Part shown: positions 18,213-27,318 of the stretch, piece by piece
How the letters are laid out: every line of letters begins with the position of its first letter
Numbering within the stretch: the stretch's first letter is position 1
Source of the DNA: Candidatus Cloacimonadota bacterium
Lineage (GTDB): Bacteria > Cloacimonadota > Cloacimonadia > Cloacimonadales > WRIO01
DNA length: 50,269 nucleotides
Assembly: GCA_029564175.1 (NCBI GenBank)
Contig: JAKQQL010000234.1
Span: 1 to 50,269, forward strand
Direction of reading: 5' to 3'
The notes under the pieces: generated by a model
What the model was told of the DNA's origin: nothing
What the model saw: only the letters and a program-made list of their open reading frames with translations
Database searches by the model: none
Made by a program: the position numbers and the translations under genes

Positions 18213-18887
18213 ATGATAGAGGATAACAAAAATCACAGATCCCGACTTAGACAGAAAATGATGGAAAATGGGATGGATTCTTTTCTTGATTATGAAGTGG
18301 TAGAATTGTTGTTACAATTTGTTTATCCAAGAAAAGATACAAAAATAAAGGCTAAAAAACTAATGACTCATTTTCATGATGATATTCATGCTTTATTTCA
18401 TGCCGATGCAGCTGAACTTGCACTGGCAGGATTGCCGGAGACTGGAGTTGCGTTGTTTATGTCTGTAAGGCAGGCATTTATTTATCAGCAAAGGAAAAAA
18501 ATTAAGGGGATTGATTATATTTCTTCTTCTCAGCAGGTATATGATTTCTTTAAATATTATTTTAAAGGACAAAAAAATGAAGAATTTTTTGTTTTGTATC
18601 TGAATACTGCTAATTGCATACTCAAGGCAGAATCACTCTTTGAAGGCAGTAAAAATGAGTCAAGAGTGTATATTCGTATTATTGTTGAAAAATGTCTGGC
18701 ATATCATGCTACTCAGATTATCGTCGTTCATAATCACCCGACTGGCAATCTTAAGGCATCAGACTCAGATATTCATATCACTACAAAGATTCAACAGGCT
18801 TTGGCATTGCTTGAGATTAAGCTACTTGATCACCTGATTATTGGAGATAATGAATTTTCATCTTTTAAAGAAATGGGTTATCTGTAA
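18213..18887 (+). CDS. radC: RadC (JAB/MPN domain) protein
   Basis: HRSRLR, DYEVVELLL, VHNHPTG..SDSD, LLDHLII. Confidence 0.95.
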   Translation: MIEDNKNHRSRLRQKMMENGMDSFLDYEVVELLLQFVYPRKDTKIKAKKLMTHFHDDIHALFHADAAELALAGLPETGVALFMSVRQAFIYQQRKKIKGIDYISSSQQVYDFFKYYFKGQKNEEFFVLYLNTANCILKAESLFEGSKNESRVYIRIIVEKCLAYHATQIIVVHNHPTGNLKASDSDIHITTKIQQALALLEIKLLDHLIIGDNEFSSFKEMGYL

Positions 18888-19060
18888 TATGCTTGAAATG
18901 TATCTTTCATCGTGCTAAAAGACTGGTAAGCTTTTTGTCTGTCCAATAAAGACCAAGAAAATAAATTAATCTCATTTTACGTGTCTTATGTTTATGTGGT
19001 GAGATAACTGTAATAAATATAAGTAGATAAGATATATTTTTATAATTATTCATTTTTCTC

Positions 19061-19088
19061 TTTACAAAAAAACAAAGCATGTTATACT
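19061..19088 (+). promoter_or_regulatory. Probable sigma70 promoter with extended -10
   Basis: TTTACA-16 nt-TATACT with TG before the -10. Confidence 0.55.
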
Positions 19089-19129
19089 TTGACCTTAAGA
19101 TTGAATAAGATGAGGATTATGAGGTTTTA

Positions 19130-19762
19130 ATGATTAGAATTACGTATTTTGGACATTCAATGTGGAAGTTGGAAACAGAGCATACAGGTCTAGTTTTGGA
19201 CCCTTTTTCGAATATTGGTTATCCAATGCCCGAAAATCTGTATGCTGATATTGTCTGTTCTTCACATAATCATTATGATCATAACCATTTTTCACTAATT
19301 CATGGGCATTTCGAAAAGTTAATAAATGCTGGTCAGTATCAGATAGGTGATTTTAAAATTGAGGGATTTAAGGCTTTTCACGATGAAGTACATGGGGAAA
19401 AAAGAGGAGAAAATATCCTTTTTCGAGTATCCGCAGAAGGTTTAAATTTTTTACATTGTGGCGATCTTGGGCATATTTTAACCCCTGAAATGATTGAATC
19501 CATTGGGAAGATAGATGTATTAATGATACCTGTAGGAGGGACTTATACGCTTGATTATAAAGAAGCAAAAGTGCTTTGTGATCAATTGAATCCCAAAATC
19601 ATTTTTCCCATGCATTACAAAACCGACTGTGTCAATATCAGTATATCTGATTGTAAAGGTTTTTGCTCACTTTTTGAGAAAATCGTTTATCTTTCAGGGA
19701 ATGCAGTAACAACAGATGATCTTGATTTTGTCAAACAAGGTGTCTATATCTTTAATCTTTAG
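19130..19762 (+). CDS. MBL-fold metallo-hydrolase (UlaG-like/COG2220)
   Basis: GHS, SHNHYDH, HCGDLGH, IPVGG, PMHY. Confidence 0.92.
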   Translation: MIRITYFGHSMWKLETEHTGLVLDPFSNIGYPMPENLYADIVCSSHNHYDHNHFSLIHGHFEKLINAGQYQIGDFKIEGFKAFHDEVHGEKRGENILFRVSAEGLNFLHCGDLGHILTPEMIESIGKIDVLMIPVGGTYTLDYKEAKVLCDQLNPKIIFPMHYKTDCVNISISDCKGFCSLFEKIVYLSGNAVTTDDLDFVKQGVYIFNL

Positions 19763-19770
19763 GAGTTCTA

Positions 19771-20091
19771 ATGAGAGCAATACATACGTTATCAAATCAT
19801 AGCAAAGCTTTTAAGAAGGTTTTCAATCTGTTTATGAAGCTAGTCATTGTCTATTTATTTATCGATATGCTGGTATTAAATGATTTTAGTTTGATCAAAT
19901 GGATCGCTGCACGTCATGATTTAAGCAATATTAAAAATGAGGTTTCTCTTTTGCATAAAGAAAATCTGGCACTACAAAAAGAAAACGAAAAACTGGAGAA
20001 TGATCCTCAGGCAATAGAAAAAATTGCCAGAGAAAAATATGGAATGCAAAAACCTGATGAAAAAGTTTATCGTTTTGTAACAGAAGACTGA
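19771..20091 (+). CDS. Septum formation initiator (FtsB/DivIC family)
   Basis: TM helix, coiled coil, IEKIAREKYGMQKPDE. Confidence 0.9.
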   Translation: MRAIHTLSNHSKAFKKVFNLFMKLVIVYLFIDMLVLNDFSLIKWIAARHDLSNIKNEVSLLHKENLALQKENEKLENDPQAIEKIAREKYGMQKPDEKVYRFVTED

Positions 20092-20261
20092 TATATTGGA
20101 TTGAATCAGTTATGATAACTCAAATTCATTCGTAACAATCAATAAGTAATTGAGTTATTTAAATAGACTTATCGTCTGATTTGTAATTTTTCATAAAAAG
20201 TATTGACAGAAATTATAAAATATACAATACTTTCTTAAAATAGATATAAAGTGTGATTGAA

Positions 20262-20540
20262 ATGGCAAAAGCAATAAAAATGATAGTTGAAGGTCGTGTT
20301 CAAGGCGTTGGGTACAGACATTTTATATATACACACGCGAAACAACTTGCTGTCAAAGGTTATGTAAAGAATCTCGTTGACGGTAGAGTCGAAATAATGG
20401 CTATTGCAGATAATGCGATTATTTCTGATTTGATTAAAATTGCCAAAAAAGGTCCCTCTTTTTCCTGGGTTTACAATATCCAATGCATAGAAGTATCAAT
20501 AAACAAGGATTATGATGATTTTGAAATACATTATTCGTAA
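20262..20540 (+). CDS. acyP: Acylphosphatase
   Basis: GRVQGVGYR, GYVKNLVDGRVE, KGP. Confidence 0.95.
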   Translation: MAKAIKMIVEGRVQGVGYRHFIYTHAKQLAVKGYVKNLVDGRVEIMAIADNAIISDLIKIAKKGPSFSWVYNIQCIEVSINKDYDDFEIHYS

Positions 20541-22182
20541 AACAGATTTAATTATATTACTCATTTTTTCGCTTTTAACTTATGAGGCTCTTTTTGCAGC
20601 TACTAAACAGCATAAAGTCAAATCAGGAGATACGTTATACCGTATTAGCAAAAAGTATAATATCCCTGTTGATGAACTCAAAAAAATCAACCATTTAAAT
20701 ACAGATGCTTTGAAATTAGGTCAGATTATTCTTTTGGAAGAAAAAAAAACAAACGAGAAAAAAAGTAAAAAACAAAGTGTTTCTAATCAGACATACAAAG
20801 TAAAATCTGGAGACAATCTTTCTTCTATTGCTAAAAAACATGGATTGACTGTGGATGAATTAAAAAGTATGAATCAGATGTCATCTAATAAACTGAGTGT
20901 GGGACAGGAATTAACCGTATCAAAAGCAATACAGGCACCTGAAAATAATGAGCCTGTACGCATCGCTGATCAAGAAGAAGATAATAACGTTTCTGTAGAA
21001 AATACTACGTACAAGGTGAAGAAGGGAGACACCCTCTTTCGAATTGCAAAGGCTCATAATATCAAAGTAGATGAACTAAAAAAAATAAATAATATAAGAA
21101 ACAACGAGTTAAAAGTAGGTCAGGTTTTGCTTATTAATAAGATAAAACAGCCTTCTTCTGTTTCTGTTCAAGGAAGTGATTCAGAATCAAAGATTATTAT
21201 CACTCATCGAGTAAAGAAAAAAGAAACACTTGCATCCATCGCAAAATTGTATGGGACAAGTAAGGGAGAGATTCAAAAACTGAACAGTTTAAAAAGCAGC
21301 CGTTTAAAAGCTGGACAGGTATTGAAAATTCAGACAGCTAAGCCTGAAAATGAACCACAACAATCTGAACCGCTCAGATTAAATGAAAAGTTTCACATTG
21401 TGAAGAAAAATCAAAGTCTTTCGGCGATTGCAAAACTCTATCAGATTGACATTATTGACTTATTAGATTATAATAATCTAAAGGATTTTGATGTAAGAGA
21501 AGGGCAAAGAATATGGCTTGAACCTGGTCATCTGGCACAGGCTCAGGAATCAGCCACTCCGGATGATGCAACTCCTGTACAAAGTATTCAATCGGTTTCT
21601 GTTCATATTGTAGCCAGAGGAGAAAACTTATTCCGAATTGCCAAAAATTATAATGTGTCTGTAGATGATTTGAAAAAATGGAATAAACTGAATACTTTAA
21701 CAGTGAAAGAGGGACAACGTATCTATATTGGTGATGCTTCAGCGATGCAGGCTCAGAAAGATATTGAATTTTCAAAACCGAACAAACAGTTAGTAAAATC
21801 ATTTAGTAAAACACCCGTTTTGCCTGTTGACAGACCAAAAGTGATTTCAAATTTTGGAATGAGAAGTGGCCGGATGCATAAAGGGATTGATTTTGGTGCA
21901 CCAACCGGCGAACCAATATATGCGGTGTTACCAGGAAAAGTCGTTTTTTCAGGTGTTCAAAGAGGTTATGGAAATGTCATCATTTTAGAACATGATAATT
22001 TTCAAATGACTGTGTATGGACATAACGATACAAATTTAGTCAGAGTGGGTGATGAAGTAACTCAAGGGCAAATGATTGGTACTGTTGGCGCTACAGGTAA
22101 TGCGAATGGCTCTCACTTGCATTTTGAGTATCGTGTCAGAGGGGTTGCAATTAACCCAAGAGATTTCTTAATCGGGTTATAA
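20512..22182 (+). CDS. Peptidoglycan endopeptidase: six LysM domains + M23 domain
   Basis: Signal peptide; six VKxG[DE]xLxxIA repeats; HKGID and HLHFE zinc motifs. Confidence 0.95.
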   Translation: MMILKYIIRKTDLIILLIFSLLTYEALFAATKQHKVKSGDTLYRISKKYNIPVDELKKINHLNTDALKLGQIILLEEKKTNEKKSKKQSVSNQTYKVKSGDNLSSIAKKHGLTVDELKSMNQMSSNKLSVGQELTVSKAIQAPENNEPVRIADQEEDNNVSVENTTYKVKKGDTLFRIAKAHNIKVDELKKINNIRNNELKVGQVLLINKIKQPSSVSVQGSDSESKIIITHRVKKKETLASIAKLYGTSKGEIQKLNSLKSSRLKAGQVLKIQTAKPENEPQQSEPLRLNEKFHIVKKNQSLSAIAKLYQIDIIDLLDYNNLKDFDVREGQRIWLEPGHLAQAQESATPDDATPVQSIQSVSVHIVARGENLFRIAKNYNVSVDDLKKWNKLNTLTVKEGQRIYIGDASAMQAQKDIEFSKPNKQLVKSFSKTPVLPVDRPKVISNFGMRSGRMHKGIDFGAPTGEPIYAVLPGKVVFSGVQRGYGNVIILEHDNFQMTVYGHNDTNLVRVGDEVTQGQMIGTVGATGNANGSHLHFEYRVRGVAINPRDFLIGL

Positions 22183-22193
22183 GAGAGGAAAGT

Positions 22194-22499
22194 ATGAATA
22201 AAGAATTATATCCAATAGGAATTGTTTCTAAACAGCTTAATCTTCATGAACAAACGATCAGGGAATATGAAAATCAAAATCTCATAAAACCATTTAGAAA
22301 AAACGGGAGAAGATATTTTTCTCAAGAGGATTTGAATCGAATCTCTTTAATCAGTACAATGACTCAGGAGATGGGACTTAATCTGGCTGGCGTATCCGTT
22401 GTGTTTCAGCTGTCTGCAAAAATGAATATGAATGAAGAAGACTTACTTGGATTTATCATTGATCATAAAGAACGCTTACTTTTGGCAAATAAAGGTTGA
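22194..22499 (+). CDS. MerR-family regulator, HspR-like
   Basis: YPIGIVS..LHEQTIREYE..LIKP..R..GRRYFS..D; TQEMGLNLAGV matches the HspR pattern. Confidence 0.8.
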   Translation: MNKELYPIGIVSKQLNLHEQTIREYENQNLIKPFRKNGRRYFSQEDLNRISLISTMTQEMGLNLAGVSVVFQLSAKMNMNEEDLLGFIIDHKERLLLANKG

Positions 22500-22501
22500 T
22501 T

Positions 22502-23365
22502 ATGGAACATGTGTTTAGTGATCAGGCACTTCAAAGTTATTTAAATGAAATTTCAAAGATTCCGACACTTACCCGTGAAGAAGAAAAGGAATTAGCCATT
22601 AAAGCTAAAGAGGGTGATGAAGAAGCAAAAAATAAACTGGTCAGCTCAAACCTCAAATTTGTTGTTAAAATTGCCTCCCATTACCAGAATAGGGGTCTTA
22701 CGCTTTCAGAACTGATTAGTGAAGGAAATATGGGGCTGATAAAAGCGATTGACCGTTATGACCCAGATAAAGAAATTAAATTGATTTCTTATGCTGTTTG
22801 GTGGATAAAACAAAAGATTTTGTTTGCGTTGGCAGAAAAAACTTCGTTGATCAGAGTTCCCATAGGCAGGTCTAATGCAATCAACAAAATTAAAAGTATT
22901 CGTGATCGTTATACGGCTGAAACCGGTGGTGAGATCTCTATAAATCAGTTATCGGATAAATCAGATATCTCTGAAAAATTAATCAATAATATGCAGTTAC
23001 AGGCTATTGATACCTATTCTCTTGATGAAGTAACTAAAACAAATGGTGAAGATGCCACAATGATTGATTTTATCGAAGATCCAACTGCTCAAGATCCAAA
23101 AAATTTATATTATCAGGAACGATTACAACAAAAAATAACAAAATCAATCAAAACTCTGGATAAGCGAGATGCTCATATTATAAAATCCTATTATGGACTG
23201 GATGGACAAAAAGGAAAAAATTTTGCAGAGATTGCTCAGGAAATGGGTATTTCTCGTGAAAGAGTAAGACAAATTCAGAAACAGGCATTAAAGAAAATAT
23301 TATCTGATTCTTATGCCGAGTATGAAACTGATATAGACTATCTGCTAAACTATGCAGGAAAATGA
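22502..23365 (+). CDS. Alternative sigma-70 factor (regions 1.2-4, no region 1.1)
   Basis: YLNEISKIPTLT, SNLKFVVKIA, ELISEGNMGL, SYAVWWIKQ, ISRERVRQI. Confidence 0.95.
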   Translation: MEHVFSDQALQSYLNEISKIPTLTREEEKELAIKAKEGDEEAKNKLVSSNLKFVVKIASHYQNRGLTLSELISEGNMGLIKAIDRYDPDKEIKLISYAVWWIKQKILFALAEKTSLIRVPIGRSNAINKIKSIRDRYTAETGGEISINQLSDKSDISEKLINNMQLQAIDTYSLDEVTKTNGEDATMIDFIEDPTAQDPKNLYYQERLQQKITKSIKTLDKRDAHIIKSYYGLDGQKGKNFAEIAQEMGISRERVRQIQKQALKKILSDSYAEYETDIDYLLNYAGK

Positions 23366-23416
23366 TCTTTTTAAAAATGTAATTTTTTTCACCAAATTTA
23401 TTTAAAAATATAATAT

Positions 23417-24331
23417 ATGGAGTCTTTTATGATTAAGAATTTCAACGAAATGCTAAACATGGTCAAAGAGAATGAAGTAAAAAAAACAGTGGTGATTGCT
23501 GCAGCACAAACAGATACTGCAATTGAAGCGGCTGTACTGGCAAAATCAGAAAATCTGGCAGAATCAATATTGGTAGGGGATAAAAATAGTATTGAAGATA
23601 TTATAAAAAAACAATTCCCTGAATACGAAGGTCGATTTCAGATAGTAGATACAGGTAAAGATTTGAATAAAGCCTGTGCGCAATCAGTCAGTCTTATTCG
23701 TGAGAATGCAGGTCAGATTATTTTAAAAGGAAAAGCGGATACCGCCCTTTTATTAAAAGCTGTTCTTGATAAAGAAAATGGTTTAAGAACTGGTGAAGTG
23801 ATTAGTGATGTTCTGGCTTATGAAAGCCCTGAAAGAGTTTTACTGATGACTGATGGCGGAATCAATCTATATCCAGATTTAAATGAAAAAATCTCCATTG
23901 TAAAGAATGCAGTTAAAGTGGCGCATGCACTAGGTAATCCAATGCCCAAAGTGGCTTTACTGGCTGCTGTTGAGGTGGTTAATCCAAAAATGCAGTGTAC
24001 ACTGGATGCTTCTGTGATTGCAAAAATGAATCATAGAAATCAGATTGCTCAGTGTATTATTGACGGTCCTCTGGCATTTGACAATGCTATCAATATGGAT
24101 GCTGCTAAAATGAAAGGGATTGATTCTCCAGTAGCTGGCCAGGCTGATATTCTTGTCGTACCTAATATTGAAGCAGGTAATATTTTTGGCAAATGCCTGA
24201 CATATTACTGTCAATGGAGAGTTGCTCATGTGGTAATGGGAACAAAAGCGCCTATCTTGATTGCTTCCCGTGCTGATAATGCAGAGACTAAGATGCTTTG
24301 TATGGCAATGGGTGCGTTAAGTGCTAATTAA
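23417..24331 (+). CDS. ptb: Phosphate butyryltransferase/acyltransferase
   Basis: ILKGK, TDGGINLYP, AAVEVVNPKM, DGPLAFDNA, PNIEAGN, ASRAD. Confidence 0.88.
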   Translation: MESFMIKNFNEMLNMVKENEVKKTVVIAAAQTDTAIEAAVLAKSENLAESILVGDKNSIEDIIKKQFPEYEGRFQIVDTGKDLNKACAQSVSLIRENAGQIILKGKADTALLLKAVLDKENGLRTGEVISDVLAYESPERVLLMTDGGINLYPDLNEKISIVKNAVKVAHALGNPMPKVALLAAVEVVNPKMQCTLDASVIAKMNHRNQIAQCIIDGPLAFDNAINMDAAKMKGIDSPVAGQADILVVPNIEAGNIFGKCLTYYCQWRVAHVVMGTKAPILIASRADNAETKMLCMAMGALSAN

Positions 24332-24333
24332 GT

Positions 24334-24798
24334 ATGAATATACAAATTATTTGCATTGGTAAAAGCAAAGAAAAATATTTCATTGAGCCGTTTCTTGAAT
24401 ATAGGAAACGGCTTTCTCCCTATACAGGAATTGAACTTATCGAGTTACCTGCTACACAACTTACTAATAGCAATAATGTGCAGATTGTAAAACAACAGGA
24501 AAAACAAAGAATGATGAAACTGATTAATCCATCTCTTCCCCTAATTGTTTTATCTGAAGAAGGGCAACTGATGAATTCTCAATGTTTTGCACAGAAAATA
24601 AATGACTGGCAGCTTAAGGGAACACTTCAATTTGTAATTGGAGGTACTTATGGTATCGATGAAGAATTAAAACAGTCTGCTCATCTCTTACTCAGTTTTT
24701 CAAAAATGACTTTTACGCATGAGATGATCCGAATCTTTTTGATTGAACAAATCTATCGGGCTTTTATGATAAATCATCATAAAAAATACCATTACTAA
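24334..24798 (+). CDS. rlmH: 23S rRNA m3Psi1915 methyltransferase
   Basis: IGK, FVIGGTYG, SKMTFTHEM, EQIYRA, KYH. Confidence 0.96.
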   Translation: MNIQIICIGKSKEKYFIEPFLEYRKRLSPYTGIELIELPATQLTNSNNVQIVKQQEKQRMMKLINPSLPLIVLSEEGQLMNSQCFAQKINDWQLKGTLQFVIGGTYGIDEELKQSAHLLLSFSKMTFTHEMIRIFLIEQIYRAFMINHHKKYHY

Positions 24799-24870
24799 GA
24801 TATTTTACTTGACGATTTTTCCTTGTGTGTAAGCTGAAAATAATAAAATCTTTAAATAAAAGAGGTTAAA

Positions 24871-27258
24871 GTGAAAAAAACTTATATTGTACTAGTATTG
24901 ATGATGAGTTTTATGCTCCTTTCTGCGTATGAATGGACCTACGAATTTGCTCAACCTTATGTAAGTCAAGGGCAGGTAATACTTGAAAACTGTGAAATGA
25001 ACTACAAAGCATGTGATCCTGCTATTGCTGTAAAACCTGTCAGACTGTTATTGCCTCATTTACAAAGTGCAGAGTCTGTAAAGATTGAATATTCTCAAGC
25101 AATTTATCTGCCAGGAGAATATGATATCAAACCGGTCTCTGTATCTGGTCGTTTATCTGTTGTTCCAGAAAATAGTATACCCAGATATTCATCTGTTTAT
25201 CAACAAGATCAGTTTTATCCACAGATATCAAAACAGACAAATTTTAAGATGCAATACAAAAACGGACATCCAATATTGATTACAATGATCAATCCGGTAC
25301 AATATAATCCTATAACAAAACAGGTTCGCTATTACCAGAAAATTAAGGTCAAAGTTGAGACAGAAGTATTTACTCCTACATTATACAAACATAATACACA
25401 AATTGCAAAACATATCAGAGCAATTACTGATAATCCTTCACTGATTGATCAATTCCCCAAAACGACACGTAGTATAGATGACTATGATTATTTAATTATC
25501 ACTTCAAACCAGTTCTTGAACAATTTCAATCAGTTTGAAGATTTTAACCTGGGTAGAGGTCTAAAAACTAAAACTGTCAGCAAAGAAGTCATTACGAGCA
25601 ATATGCCTGGAGTTGATACTCAGGCAAAGATCAGAAATTACATTAAATCTGAATATATTAATTATGGAATTAGTTATGTGCTTTTAGGTGGAGATGATGA
25701 ATTTATTCCACATAGAGGAATGCGCTCAGAAATTATGGACTATGGTACTGATTATTACGATGATCCGGACATTGCAGCAGATATTTATTATGCTGGGCTT
25801 GATGGAGAATGGAAAAATAACGGTAGTCCTTACTACGGTGAGCCAGGCTCAGAAGACTTGCTTTTTGAAGTGTATGTTGCCCGTTTTGCGATTGATAGTC
25901 AGGTAGAGTTTGATAATCTGTTTAATAAAGTCGTTTCATATTCAAATTCTCCTGTAAATGATCAAATCTTGAATCATTTACTGGTGGGAGAACATCTTTG
26001 GGGACCTCCTCAATTTGAAATAGACACCTGGGGTCAGGCATACATGGATCAGTTTTTAGGTGAATGTGCCGCATATAATTATACGACACAGGGATTTACA
26101 CCTGACTGGCAAACAGAAACTCTATATGATGTTAATAGTGAATGGAATACTTATGATATCATTCAGACAATCTCTAATCATAAACCGGTTTGGATAGATC
26201 ATTTAGGACATTCCAATGTCACTTACAATATGAAAATGAGTAATACAGATGTGAGTACTCTCAATTTTACAAATGATGGAATCAATGCGAATTACTTTTT
26301 AATCTATTCACAAGGCTGTTATTCTGGTTCATTTGATAACCGAACTACTTATGGTGAAATTATAAATTCTGATTGTATTGGAGAAAAATTTACAACGATT
26401 GCGACTTCAGCTGCAGCGTATGTTGGTAATTCCAGATACGGTTTGGGTTCTCCTACTGATACCAATGGTTCAGGACAGGTGTTTCATCGTTATTTTCATC
26501 ATGCATTGTTTGGTGAAAATATCTCTGAGATAGAAGCAATGAATGCCTATTCTAAAGAGATAGCAGCTCCTTTGATTTTAGAACCAAGCATAACACTTGC
26601 GCCTTATTATGGTCAATGTAAATGGATTGCATACGGTCTCAATACACTGGGTGATCCTGCGATGAGTATCTGGACGGCTCAGGCGCAAGCATTAAGCGCT
26701 TCAATCCCTGACAGTATTTCAGCCACTCAGTCTTTTGACATTCAAACAGAACCTTATGCACGTATTGCATTTCATAATGCAGATAAGACGCTAATCGTTA
26801 GTGGTATAGCTGATTCTTTGGGTAACTATTCTCTGTTTGAAGACCATTCATATCTGACAGATTATATTGCTCAGAGTAGTGAAGATCAGTTCACAATCAA
26901 TATCAATGCTCATAACTATTACCCTTACCAACAGCTTATTTATAAAACTGGTGCGAATCATACAGAACAGGTCTGTATGCCTGTTGTCAGCTCTTTAACT
27001 AATTATCCAAATCCATTTAATCCCAAAACTGTGATTAGTTTTGATATATCAGAAAATGCTGACGTAAAACTGGATATTTACAATTCAAAAGGGCAAAAAG
27101 TGAATACGCTTCTGAATAAAACACTTCAAAGAGGAAAACATCAGATTGTATGGGATGGTAAAGATAAAATGCAAAATTCTTTAGCATCAGGGATTTATTT
27201 TTACAGATTAATATATGGAAAGCAAACTATCAGCAAAAAAATGCTGATGTTAAAATAA
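24871..27258 (+). CDS. Secreted C25 (gingipain-like) cysteine peptidase with propeptide and FlgD-Ig/T9SS-like C-terminal domain
   Basis: YVLLGGD, DIYYA, HLGHS and SQGCYSG catalytic His/Cys, LGDP; NYPNPFNP..IYNSKGQ..WDG..SGIYFY tail; GTG start. Confidence 0.92.
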   Translation: MKKTYIVLVLMMSFMLLSAYEWTYEFAQPYVSQGQVILENCEMNYKACDPAIAVKPVRLLLPHLQSAESVKIEYSQAIYLPGEYDIKPVSVSGRLSVVPENSIPRYSSVYQQDQFYPQISKQTNFKMQYKNGHPILITMINPVQYNPITKQVRYYQKIKVKVETEVFTPTLYKHNTQIAKHIRAITDNPSLIDQFPKTTRSIDDYDYLIITSNQFLNNFNQFEDFNLGRGLKTKTVSKEVITSNMPGVDTQAKIRNYIKSEYINYGISYVLLGGDDEFIPHRGMRSEIMDYGTDYYDDPDIAADIYYAGLDGEWKNNGSPYYGEPGSEDLLFEVYVARFAIDSQVEFDNLFNKVVSYSNSPVNDQILNHLLVGEHLWGPPQFEIDTWGQAYMDQFLGECAAYNYTTQGFTPDWQTETLYDVNSEWNTYDIIQTISNHKPVWIDHLGHSNVTYNMKMSNTDVSTLNFTNDGINANYFLIYSQGCYSGSFDNRTTYGEIINSDCIGEKFTTIATSAAAYVGNSRYGLGSPTDTNGSGQVFHRYFHHALFGENISEIEAMNAYSKEIAAPLILEPSITLAPYYGQCKWIAYGLNTLGDPAMSIWTAQAQALSASIPDSISATQSFDIQTEPYARIAFHNADKTLIVSGIADSLGNYSLFEDHSYLTDYIAQSSEDQFTININAHNYYPYQQLIYKTGANHTEQVCMPVVSSLTNYPNPFNPKTVISFDISENADVKLDIYNSKGQKVNTLLNKTLQRGKHQIVWDGKDKMQNSLASGIYFYRLIYGKQTISKKMLMLK

Positions 27259-27271
27259 TCGAATCAGGAAA

Positions 27272-27306
27272 GCAGAGGAACTGATATATAGTTCCTCTGT
27301 TTATTT
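27272..27306 (+). terminator. Hairpin/terminator after the C25 gene
   Basis: GCAGAGGAACT / AGTTCCTCTGT + TTATTT. Confidence 0.75.
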
Positions 27307-27318
27307 AAACAGGAAAAC

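Noticed and set aside
18213..18887. radC as a marker of a mobile element
   Set aside because: Full-length chromosomal-type RadC among housekeeping genes
20114..20158. ATAACTCAA...TTGAGTTAT inverted repeat as an HspR HAIR operator
   Set aside because: Half-sites are in the wrong order and far more than 7 nt apart relative to CTTGAGT-N7-ACTCAAG
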